Both the position numbers and the translations under genes were made by a program. Positions 35,084 to 42,922 of a stretch of 64,000 bases of DNA are shown here, piece by piece (position 1 is the stretch's first letter; every line of letters begins with the position of its first letter). This stretch comes from Candidatus Uhrbacteria bacterium (GTDB lineage Bacteria > Patescibacteriota > Patescibacteriia > GWA2-47-26), in contig JACPJN010000006.1 of assembly GCA_016187515.1 (NCBI GenBank), positions 192,856-256,855 of the forward strand, written 5' to 3'. Under the pieces are notes generated by a model, which saw nothing but the letters and a program-made list of their open reading frames with translations, searched no databases and was not told the origin of the DNA.

Positions 35084-36061
35084 ATGCTCAATCTCCTCTC
35101 CATTGGCGACATTAAACTGGATACTTTTGTAGTAGTACCGGAAACCTCCAGTTTTTGTAAACTGCAAATGCCGGAGTATTTGCTTTGCTTTAATTATGGC
35201 GAGAAAATTCCGGTCGGCGCGGTGGAATCGCAAATCGCCGGAAGCGCGCCAAACGTCGCGGTCGGACTTTCGCGATTAGGGTTTAAGACCAGTGTATTTA
35301 GCTTTATGGGACAAGACGGCATTCATAAGCTCGCGCTCGATGTGCTTAAAAAGGAAAAAGTGGACGCGCGTCTGATTAAGACCTTAACGGGCGCGAAAAG
35401 CAGTTTTTCCGCGGTGTTAAACTATAAAGGAGAAAAGACCATTTTGGCCTCGCACATTTCATACCCTTACGCCCTTCCGAAGCGCTTGCCGCAAATGGAA
35501 TGGATGTACGTGTGTGAAATGGGACATAATTACAAACGGCTTTACCGTGAAGCGGCGCGCTGCGCAAAAAATAGGCCGCTAAAAATCGGGTTTAACCCGG
35601 GCGCTATTCAAATTATGGAACGCGATAAAGCGCTTTATGAGCTGATCGCGCAAACCGAGGTGTTGTTTGTTAATGTTGGCGAAGCGCACGCCATCTTAAA
35701 ACAAGAACGCCAACCCCTGCCCATTGAGCGCGTCGCGTCAGAATTGTATAAAATGGGGCCAAAAATTATCGTCATTACCGACGGCCGCAAAGGCGCCTAC
35801 GCCTTTGACGGGAACCAGCTGGATTTCTGCCCAGTATTTCCTTCCAAGCGCGTGGAGGCAACCGGCGCCGGAGATGCCTTTGCAACCGGCTATCTTGGGG
35901 CGCTGATGCGCAAGATTGGCCATCGGGAAGCGCTGCGCTGGGGCGCGGCCAACGGGGCGTCGGTGGTCGGTTTTGTCGGGCCGCAACCCGGACTTTTGAC
36001 CCTTCCGCAGATGCGCGCGACTTTGCGCAAGCACGCGAATATAAAAGCCGTGAAAAGGTAA
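35084..36061 (+). CDS. PfkB-family carbohydrate kinase
   Basis: Ribokinase-like fold with the C-terminal GAGDAFATGYL motif. Confidence 0.7.
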   Translation: MLNLLSIGDIKLDTFVVVPETSSFCKLQMPEYLLCFNYGEKIPVGAVESQIAGSAPNVAVGLSRLGFKTSVFSFMGQDGIHKLALDVLKKEKVDARLIKTLTGAKSSFSAVLNYKGEKTILASHISYPYALPKRLPQMEWMYVCEMGHNYKRLYREAARCAKNRPLKIGFNPGAIQIMERDKALYELIAQTEVLFVNVGEAHAILKQERQPLPIERVASELYKMGPKIIVITDGRKGAYAFDGNQLDFCPVFPSKRVEATGAGDAFATGYLGALMRKIGHREALRWGAANGASVVGFVGPQPGLLTLPQMRATLRKHANIKAVKR

Positions 36062-36104
36062 AAAAATTGACACCGCCCATGCATATATAGTATGCTACGG
36101 GTAT

Positions 36105-36374
36105 ATGGCCCACACCAATCTTATCTCGCAAATCAGCACCGCACGCTTAAGCCGTGATCTTGAAGAGATTGATCGGCTGCTGCATCGTATTAAAAAACAT
36201 ATTGACACTTTGCCGCCTCACACTGCAGACGCTAACCTATCCAGCGTATGGAAACGCACTGCCGGTATTATTTCCCAGGAACGTGCCGAGGAAATTATTG
36301 CGTCAATCGCCCAATCGCGTAAGAAGTGGAGTGATAATTCCGCAAGAATAGAACAGATGTGGCATTCCGAATAA
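36105..36374 (+). CDS. hypothetical small protein
   Basis: An 89-aa ORF. There is a TTGACA...TAGTAT-like promoter upstream at about 36066-36095. Confidence 0.35.
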   Translation: MAHTNLISQISTARLSRDLEEIDRLLHRIKKHIDTLPPHTADANLSSVWKRTAGIISQERAEEIIASIAQSRKKWSDNSARIEQMWHSE

Positions 36375-36465
36375 TCATAAGCTATGAGCTTTCATTACCA
36401 AAAACCTCCGTGATTTCAAAGATATTCCTGATCTCGTGGTCCGGGATCATTTTTAGCGTCCTCTC

Positions 36466-37356
36466 ATGGTAATGTCCCTGCACTCCACACTTATCCGTGC
36501 CGCGAAAGAAAAATGGGCCGTACCGCATTTTAATGTCGGCGACTTTGAGCAGTTTCGCGGGGTGTGTGAAGCGGCGGCAAAGTTGCGCGCGCCGGTCATG
36601 ATCGGCACTTCCGAAGGCGAACGCGATTTTTTAGGTCTGCCCCAGTCGGTCGCGCTGGTAAAGGCGTTCCGCGATCAGCTGCATCTGCCTATTTTTCTTA
36701 ATGCTGATCATACCCGAAGTGTACGGGCCGCCAAAGCGGCCATTGACGCCGGGTACGACAGTATCCATATTGACCTTTCGCGAGAGCCGTGGAACACGAA
36801 CCTTAAGGGTACGCGAGAAATAGTGCGCTACGCGCGTGAAAAATGTAAAAGGAAAAATGTAAAATGTAAAATTAGTGTTGAAGGCGAATTGGGCTACATT
36901 GTAACTGAATCATCAAAAGTGTATAAAAAGAAAATTTTGGTTGACCCTTCCACCTTTACAAAGCCGGAGGAGGCAAAAAAATTTGTGCGGCTTACCGGAG
37001 TTGATCGTTTTGCGCCGGCGGTTGGAAATTTGCACGGCATCGCCGCAAACAAACCAAAACTTGACTTTGTACTTATAAAAAAACTACGCGGTATAATTCC
37101 GATGAATGTCGCGCTGGTGCTTCACGGCGGATCCGGAAATAGTCCGGCGGCGTTTAAAAAAGCGATCAAGCTCGGTATCAACAATATCCACATTTCCACC
37201 GAACTGCGCATCGCGTATGTGAAATCCGAACACGCCTCGCTCCATCGCCAAAAAAACGAACTCGCCCCGTACAAACTCGCCGCGCCGGTAGTTGAGGCCG
37301 TGCGCAAAAAAGCCGAATATTTTATTAGATTGTTCGGGGCCTATAATAAAGCATAG
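36466..37356 (+). CDS. fba: class II fructose/tagatose-bisphosphate aldolase
   Basis: ...PHFNVGDFEQ....LNADHT....HGGSG. An in-frame repeat aaaatgtaaaa sits at 36838-36870. Confidence 0.75.
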   Translation: MVMSLHSTLIRAAKEKWAVPHFNVGDFEQFRGVCEAAAKLRAPVMIGTSEGERDFLGLPQSVALVKAFRDQLHLPIFLNADHTRSVRAAKAAIDAGYDSIHIDLSREPWNTNLKGTREIVRYAREKCKRKNVKCKISVEGELGYIVTESSKVYKKKILVDPSTFTKPEEAKKFVRLTGVDRFAPAVGNLHGIAANKPKLDFVLIKKLRGIIPMNVALVLHGGSGNSPAAFKKAIKLGINNIHISTELRIAYVKSEHASLHRQKNELAPYKLAAPVVEAVRKKAEYFIRLFGAYNKA

Positions 37357-37357
37357 T

Positions 37358-38443
37358 ATGTTTGATGTCATTACAATAGGAAGCGCGACCCGCGACGTGT
37401 TTTTGTTTGTCCAAGCGCTTCATCCGCATCGGGAATCAGACGCGGTAAGTAAAATTGAGGCCTGTCTTCCCTTCGGCGCTAAAATTGATATTGAACGCCT
37501 TGCTTTTGATACCGGCGGAGGAGCAACCAACAGCGCCGCGACGTTTGCGCGGCTGGGAAAATTTGAAGTTGCGGCGCTCACGCGCATAGGACAAGACAGC
37601 CGCGGACAAAGTATTTTAAAAGTGCTTCACGCCGACAACATTGATACTTCGTTGGTGCAAGTCACCAATAAAGATCATACCGCTTATTCTTCAATCCTTT
37701 CTCCAACCCACGCGCATAGTGAGCGCACGATTTTGGTCTATCGCGGGGCATCCTCATGCATTGAGAGCAGTAAAATTCCGTGGACTAAACTGCGTGCCAA
37801 ATGGTTTTATATATCTTCGCTTGGCGGCGATCTGTTACTTTTAAAGAAACTTATCGACCATGCTCGAAGGATAAAAGCTCAAGTCGCCTGGAATCCCGGC
37901 GGTCAAGAACTCTCCAAACTCACCCCTCCCCTTAGGTTAAGGGGAGGTTGGGAGGGGTTACGACAATCAATTGACTTCCTCATCCTCAACCGTGAAGAAG
38001 CCGCAAAACTCACTGGAAAAAAATTCGATGACACCAAAGGATTGCTTCGCGCGCTGGCGCGTACTACACACATCGCAGTCATGACCGACGGCCCTAAAGG
38101 CGCGTATGCCATCGTAGGTTCACAGTCATCAGTTCACAGTTCACAGTATCGTAATTCAAAAACTAATTACCCAATTACCAAATTACCTAATCACCAAACG
38201 GCCTACTTCGTCCCCTCTGTCGGCCACAAACCGGAAAATCTCACCGGCGCCGGTGACGCTTTCGGTTCCGGCTTTGTAACCGGCTGGATCAAAAGCCGCG
38301 GCGATATCAAATACGCCTTACGCTTGGCTTCGTTCAATGCTGACAGTGTAGTCCAACACGTCGGCGCGAAAAACGGAATTCTTGAGAAAATTCCTTCCGC
38401 AAAGCAGCTGCAAAAGTTGCCCGTAAAGACACTGCACATTTAG
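37358..38443 (+). CDS. PfkB-family sugar kinase (second copy)
   Basis: I place the start at MFDVITIGSATRDV. The C-terminus has a GAGDAF motif. There is a palindromic insertion at 37921-37962 and tandem repeats at 38120-38200. Confidence 0.65.
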   Translation: MFDVITIGSATRDVFLFVQALHPHRESDAVSKIEACLPFGAKIDIERLAFDTGGGATNSAATFARLGKFEVAALTRIGQDSRGQSILKVLHADNIDTSLVQVTNKDHTAYSSILSPTHAHSERTILVYRGASSCIESSKIPWTKLRAKWFYISSLGGDLLLLKKLIDHARRIKAQVAWNPGGQELSKLTPPLRLRGGWEGLRQSIDFLILNREEAAKLTGKKFDDTKGLLRALARTTHIAVMTDGPKGAYAIVGSQSSVHSSQYRNSKTNYPITKLPNHQTAYFVPSVGHKPENLTGAGDAFGSGFVTGWIKSRGDIKYALRLASFNADSVVQHVGAKNGILEKIPSAKQLQKLPVKTLHI

Positions 38444-38494
38444 CACCCCATTTCAAATATCCCATCCAGAAGACAACCTGGAAAGATTATGCTA

Positions 38495-38529
38495 TACTCA
38501 TTTTAGGTGCGATCGCAAATAAATGAGTA
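38495..38529. repeat. 35-nt hairpin repeat, copy 2
   Basis: Identical to 22714-22748. It overlaps the 5' end and leader of the PaaX-like gene. Confidence 0.6.
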
Positions 38530-39130
38530 TGAGAAAGCGCGTACGCGAGTGAGTATGAAATCAAAATTTAGACAATTTCAAATCGTCTTGCTGCAAATCT
38601 ACGCCGGATATCGCGAGCTTGATCATGCGCTTGCCTCATACAATCCGCGCAGCCACACACCTGGCTGGGATGCCACCGGCTATGCAGAGGACGCGCGCAA
38701 ATATGCAAAGCGGGATATAAAGCGACTCCATCGCCATATTGATTATCTCAAACGAGTCGGCTATGTAGAGCGCGTCCAAGAAGGTGAGGAGCAACTCTTG
38801 AAATTAACGGCCAAAGGCAAATACGAACTTCTTCGTTTGCGCTTTGTTGAACACCTGATGCAACAAAAGAAAGAGTTATGGGATCGCAAATGGTGGATCG
38901 TGATTTTTGATATTCCGGAACAAATGAAAAAGTACCGCAATTTTTTCCGCCTCCTTCTCAAAAAGAATGGTTTTAAAATGGTTCAGCGCTCGGTATGGAT
39001 CACGCCCTACAATCCGCGACCTTACATTAATGATCTTTTAGTATACCTTCGCCTTTCTAAATACTTCGAAATCATTGAAGCCGACTGCGATCGTTGTAGC
39101 CCAGCGCTTTTTAAAAAATTCAAACCGTAA
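38507..39130 (+). CDS. PaaX-like transcriptional regulator: N-terminal winged HTH plus a PaaX_C-type C-terminal domain
   Basis: The wHTH region reads IDYLKRVGYVERVQEGEEQLLKLTAKG. The C-terminal part WDRKWWIVIFDIPEQMKKYRNFFRLLLKKNGFKMVQRSVWITP follows the PaaX C-domain pattern (W.G.W.L...IPE...R..L...L...GF..L...VW). The true start may be MKSKF at 38557. Confidence 0.5.
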   Translation: MRSQINEYEKARTRVSMKSKFRQFQIVLLQIYAGYRELDHALASYNPRSHTPGWDATGYAEDARKYAKRDIKRLHRHIDYLKRVGYVERVQEGEEQLLKLTAKGKYELLRLRFVEHLMQQKKELWDRKWWIVIFDIPEQMKKYRNFFRLLLKKNGFKMVQRSVWITPYNPRPYINDLLVYLRLSKYFEIIEADCDRCSPALFKKFKP

Positions 39131-39187
39131 ACAATATCTGCATAAGGACACCGCTTATACCCCTGCTAAAAGAAGCGAAAATCTCTG

Positions 39188-39222
39188 TACTCATTTTAGG
39201 TGCGATCGCAAATAAATGAGTA
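39188..39222. repeat. 35-nt hairpin repeat, copy 3
   Basis: Identical to the other two copies. It lies 58 nt after the PaaX-like stop. Confidence 0.6.
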
Positions 39223-39287
39223 TGCAATGAACAATGGTGAAAGATAATTTAGGGTAGTGAACTACGGACATTAAGAAGATTCCTCAC

Positions 39288-39321
39288 AAAAAAAGAAGCC
39301 CCGCGACGGATGCCGCGAGGC
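39288..39321 (-). terminator. rho-independent terminator of the GC-rich minus-strand ORF
   Basis: The minus strand reads gcctcgcggcatccgtcgcggggc followed by ttcttttttt. Confidence 0.45.
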
Positions 39322-39422
39322 CGGGATGCGCGTCCTTCGACGTGGCAGGAGCCACAGAAGTAAAGGGCTTATCCGCCATTATGGCAGGCGGATCATTTGG
39401 AAGGTGCTGTGGAACTCTTGGG

Positions 39423-39935
39423 CTACTCGCGCTTGAGCGGATGATGCATGATGGCCGGATCCAGTTCCAGGATGCGTCGCCCTACGTCCGCTTCATCCAG
39501 CTCGCCTCGAACGAGCGCGGCCTGTACATCCGGACGGATCTCGGCAACGGTTTCGGCAATTTCCGCCATGGTCGGTTCCGACTCTTCACCGGTGAGGATT
39601 CCTTCGCCGTTTCTCGTCGAAATGTTGTACTGCCCTTCGAGATACAGCGTGAACGAGATGTGGACGCCATCGATCGCAAGGATGCACAGTTCGAACTCCC
39701 ACACGGTGCCCAAGTTGTCCTCGGAGCTGAGGCCGTTGATCACGCCCACGATCTCGCGCTCGTTGCTGTCCTCGTCGATCGCCGAGAAAACGACGGGGTG
39801 GCGGACGAAACGGTTAGGATCGTCGAGTGGACGTGATCTGTATTTCAGGCAACATTCCGTTACCGTATCACGCCGGTAGGTGAGACTGAGTTCAAGGTCA
39901 CGACGCGACGGACCACGAGTGATTTGCAGTGCCAT
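39423..39935 (-). CDS. hypothetical acidic protein on a GC-rich (~58%) insert
   Basis: A 170-aa ORF preceded by a strong Shine-Dalgarno (gtaaGGAGGtgccgtATG) and followed by its own terminator. Its composition is distinct from its neighbours. Confidence 0.55.
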   Translation of the reverse strand: MALQITRGPSRRDLELSLTYRRDTVTECCLKYRSRPLDDPNRFVRHPVVFSAIDEDSNEREIVGVINGLSSEDNLGTVWEFELCILAIDGVHISFTLYLEGQYNISTRNGEGILTGEESEPTMAEIAETVAEIRPDVQAALVRGELDEADVGRRILELDPAIMHHPLKRE

Positions 39936-40063
39936 ACGGCACCTCCTTACAGAACGCTCCCTGAGTTAGTGCAGGAAGCAAACACCCTGAGCACGGCCTG
40001 AAAGCCGCGCCGACCTGACCATACGGCCAGGAATTCTGTGTGTATAGTAGCATACCTTTTCCA

Positions 40064-40092
40064 TTGTGTCAAGAGGCGGAGCGTGGTAGAAT
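40064..40092 (+). promoter_or_regulatory. sigma70-like promoter: TTGTGT, 17 nt, TAGAAT
   Basis: It is followed by atttgtgag repeats in the leader before the ATG at 40137. Confidence 0.35.
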
Positions 40093-40136
40093 ATTTGTGA
40101 GTAATTTGTCTTTAATTCGTGAGCTATTTGTGCAAT

Positions 40137-41162
40137 ATGCCCAAAGTATTTATCACCCGCCAGATTCCGGATCAAGGAATTAAGATGCTGAAAGATAAAA
40201 AATATTCCGTGTCGGTTTATCCAAAGGATGAAATTATTCCGCGCGCGGCGCTTTTGAAAGGCGTAAAGGGGGTAGATGCGCTATTGCCGATTCTTACTGA
40301 CCACATTGATGCCGAGGTGCTGGAAGCGGCTGGAGCACAACTGAAGATTATAGCCAACTATGCCATTGGCACTGACAACATTGACCTTCAAGCGTGTCAA
40401 AAGCGCAAAATACTGGTTACGAATGCTCCGGGTCCGGAAATCGTGCAGTCCGTGGCCGAGCACACGTTTGCCCTGATGCTGGCGCTCGCGCACCGGATCG
40501 TGGAAGCCGATAAATTCACGCGCGCCGGTAAGTATCGCGGCTGGGGTCCGCAGATTTTACTGGGTACTGATGTCTATGGTAAGACCTTGGGCATTGTTGG
40601 GCTTGGCCGCATCGGGTTTGCCGTAGCTGATCGCGCCGTTAAAGGATTTGGCATGCAAATAATCTATCACGATAAGGAGCGCGATTTAAAGTTTGAGAGA
40701 GATTTTTCCGCCTACGGCGGATCCGCCTCGGGCGGAGAGAAACAATATGGCGCGCGCTTTGTAGATTTATCCACCCTTCTGAAACAAGCTGACTTTGTCT
40801 CGCTCCATGTGCCGTTTTTGCCTTCCACGCGGCATCTCATTTCCACACGTGAGCTCGCGCTCATGAAACCAACCGCGTTTTTGATTAACACCGCGCGCGG
40901 CCCGATTGTGGACGAAAAAGCGCTCCTGCAAGCGTTAGAGAAAAAGCAAATTGCCGGCGCGGCGCTGGATGTATTTGAGTGCGAGCCGTCAATTGATTGC
41001 GATATCAGCGATCACCTTGAACTTAAAAGCTTCGATAATGTAATTTTGACTCCGCACACGGCCTCGGCCACCGTTGAAACCCGCCAAGCCATGAGCGCGA
41101 CCGCGGCGCAAAACATCATCGCGGCGCTGGAAGGGGAAACCCCGTCCAATTTAGTAAAGTGA
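40137..41162 (+). CDS. D-isomer-specific 2-hydroxyacid dehydrogenase (glyoxylate/hydroxypyruvate reductase-like)
   Basis: NAD-binding GLGRIGFAVADRA. Catalytic His/Glu/Arg region ...RGPIVDEKAL...LTPHTAS. Confidence 0.75.
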   Translation: MPKVFITRQIPDQGIKMLKDKKYSVSVYPKDEIIPRAALLKGVKGVDALLPILTDHIDAEVLEAAGAQLKIIANYAIGTDNIDLQACQKRKILVTNAPGPEIVQSVAEHTFALMLALAHRIVEADKFTRAGKYRGWGPQILLGTDVYGKTLGIVGLGRIGFAVADRAVKGFGMQIIYHDKERDLKFERDFSAYGGSASGGEKQYGARFVDLSTLLKQADFVSLHVPFLPSTRHLISTRELALMKPTAFLINTARGPIVDEKALLQALEKKQIAGAALDVFECEPSIDCDISDHLELKSFDNVILTPHTASATVETRQAMSATAAQNIIAALEGETPSNLVK

Positions 41163-41164
41163 CA

Positions 41165-41228
41165 CACTCGTGTCATCCCCGACCTGATCGGGGGTCCATG
41201 GATTCCCGCTTCCGCGGGAATGACAATA
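41165..41228. repeat. Double-hairpin element gtcatccccgacctgatcgggggtcc..ttcccgcttccgcgggaa
   Basis: Two perfect stems: cccgatc/gatcggg-like and ttcccgc-ttc-cgcgggaa. It has 'gtcatccc' in common with 2456-2600. Confidence 0.3.
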
Positions 41229-41230
41229 TT

Positions 41231-41554
41231 ATGACTCGCTTTACCATCACCTGTTTTTGCGGTCGAAAACATATAAAATTCCGCTCTCCAAAAAATTATA
41301 GCGCCGGGGTTATTGCTCGGCTCTATTGTTCATCATGTTCAAAAAAAGCGCCTCGGGAGGCGCTGATCATCGAAGTAACTGGTCTTTACGAGTACGACGG
41401 CCGCTACGCGATTACGTGGAATCCGGCGATACTGGCGGCGCTTGATCCCCAATACCGCGCCCGTCCGCGCTGGAAGGAAGATTTTTTCGGGAAAAGAAAA
41501 CTCATCTTTGACTTTATCCCGCCCGGCGCGCGGGGTGTTTTTAGAGTGGGATAG
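41231..41554 (+). CDS. hypothetical Cys-containing (zinc-ribbon-like) protein
   Basis: The sequence MTRFTITCFCGRKHIKF...LYCSSCSKK has the pattern C..C....C..C. Confidence 0.4.
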   Translation: MTRFTITCFCGRKHIKFRSPKNYSAGVIARLYCSSCSKKAPREALIIEVTGLYEYDGRYAITWNPAILAALDPQYRARPRWKEDFFGKRKLIFDFIPPGARGVFRVG

Positions 41555-42383
41555 TCATCCCATCGTAGGCAATCGCCACCTTAGCGGTGAGGTTTTGTTT
41601 TCTGCAATACTCCGCAACTACGCGGGCGGCTTCGGGATACGGAGGATAATTGTGGCTAATTTGAGTTAAGTAGAGCTTCTTTACGCGCAGCCGATCCGCC
41701 AAAGCAATGGTCTCATCTAAAGTGAAATGCGTCGGGAAATGAGTATCAAACCAGAAACAGCCATCCAACACGGCATGTTCGGCCCCGGCAATAAACCGCT
41801 CGGCAGCTTGTGGCACACTTTTAATGTCGCTGGCATAGACAAGTTTATCACCGATCCGATAGCCAAGGGTTGGAAAGCCGGGTTGTGCGCTGTGCTCCAC
41901 GCGAAATGGCATAACCTCCAAACCAAATACCTTGAGTGCGTGTCCGGCGGTAATTTTTTGAATCGTCATCCACGGCTTAGTATCTTCCAGAATGAGGCGC
42001 AGACGGCGCCAGGTCCCCTCTTCCACATACAGCGTAGCCGGATGTTTTTGCTTGCGTAAAATATCATCCAAATCAAAAAGACCCCCGACAGCGTCGCTAT
42101 GCGCATGGGTCAAAAACAGCGCGTCCACCTGGTAGGTTTTGAAACGCTCCAGCTGGCGCAGAACATCCGGGGAAGCGTCAAAAAGTATTTGCTTGCCATC
42201 CACCCTCAAAAGCGCCGAACTGCGGCTCCGCCGCGAGCGGCTCCCGTCCTTGCGGGCATCCGTACACACCCGACACTGACAATATATCCGCGGAATCGGT
42301 GAAGCCGGCCCGGTACCGAAAAGGGTAAGTTGCGTTGATCCCGCGCCTTTCTTGGACAAATTAAAATGAGATTTATTCAGCAT
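41541..42383 (-). CDS. MBL-fold metallo-hydrolase (PhnP-like)
   Basis: LTLFGTG.....LFDASPD....LFLTHAHSDAVGGL gives the HxHxDH-type motif. Confidence 0.65.
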   Translation of the reverse strand: MLNKSHFNLSKKGAGSTQLTLFGTGPASPIPRIYCQCRVCTDARKDGSRSRRSRSSALLRVDGKQILFDASPDVLRQLERFKTYQVDALFLTHAHSDAVGGLFDLDDILRKQKHPATLYVEEGTWRRLRLILEDTKPWMTIQKITAGHALKVFGLEVMPFRVEHSAQPGFPTLGYRIGDKLVYASDIKSVPQAAERFIAGAEHAVLDGCFWFDTHFPTHFTLDETIALADRLRVKKLYLTQISHNYPPYPEAARVVAEYCRKQNLTAKVAIAYDGMTIPL

Positions 42384-42515
42384 AAATATTTTTAGAATTT
42401 ATCTAGATAACCTATAAGTCAAACTGAATTAGTGGCGCAAAGCGCCAAAGTCCAAGTAAGGCGCGGGATTGACATAATGGATTATTCATGGTACCATAAC
42501 TTCCACAACATAAAA

Positions 42516-42591
42516 GGGCCCGTAGTTCACTCGGTAGAACGTCTCATTTGCAATGAGAAGGTAGGCGGTTCGAATCCGCCCGGGTCCACCA
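42516..42591 (+). tRNA. tRNA-Ala with anticodon UGC. CCA is encoded.
   Basis: GGGCCCG-TA-GTTC-ACTCGGTA-GAAC-G-TCTCA-TTTGCAA-TGAGA-AGGTA-GGCGG-TTCGAAT-CCGCC-CGGGTCC-A-CCA. The G3:U70 identity pair is present. Confidence 0.85.
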
Positions 42592-42604
42592 TAAGCTATC
42601 TTCT

Positions 42605-42919
42605 ATGCCTCGTGATAGATTCCCTCATTCGCAATCCGATACACAACCACCCGGTGACGCTCAACGCTTATCGGGAGAAAATCCTATGGCAGAGCAGCGA
42701 AGATTACGCAGCATGTATACCGACTTGTTGGAACGAATCCAATTAACCAAGGCACGGCTTAGCGGTAAGCGGCAAGCGCTTAAAGATGATCCGCAGGCCT
42801 TGAGAGAGATTGATGACCAGCTCGCGGCGGCGCAGGATATTGAAAAACGCGTGGAAGATAATTTAAAACAACTTGGCTCCGATTCTCTCTACGGAGAATC
42901 AGATCTTCGTCCAAATTAG
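42605..42919 (+). CDS. hypothetical coiled-coil protein
   Basis: A 104-aa ORF. A likely internal start is MAEQRRLRS. Confidence 0.35.
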   Translation: MPRDRFPHSQSDTQPPGDAQRLSGENPMAEQRRLRSMYTDLLERIQLTKARLSGKRQALKDDPQALREIDDQLAAAQDIEKRVEDNLKQLGSDSLYGESDLRPN

Positions 42920-42922
42920 CGC

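Noticed and set aside
42432-42746. 104-aa + ORF
   Set aside because: It reads straight through the tRNA-Ala gene (42516-42591).
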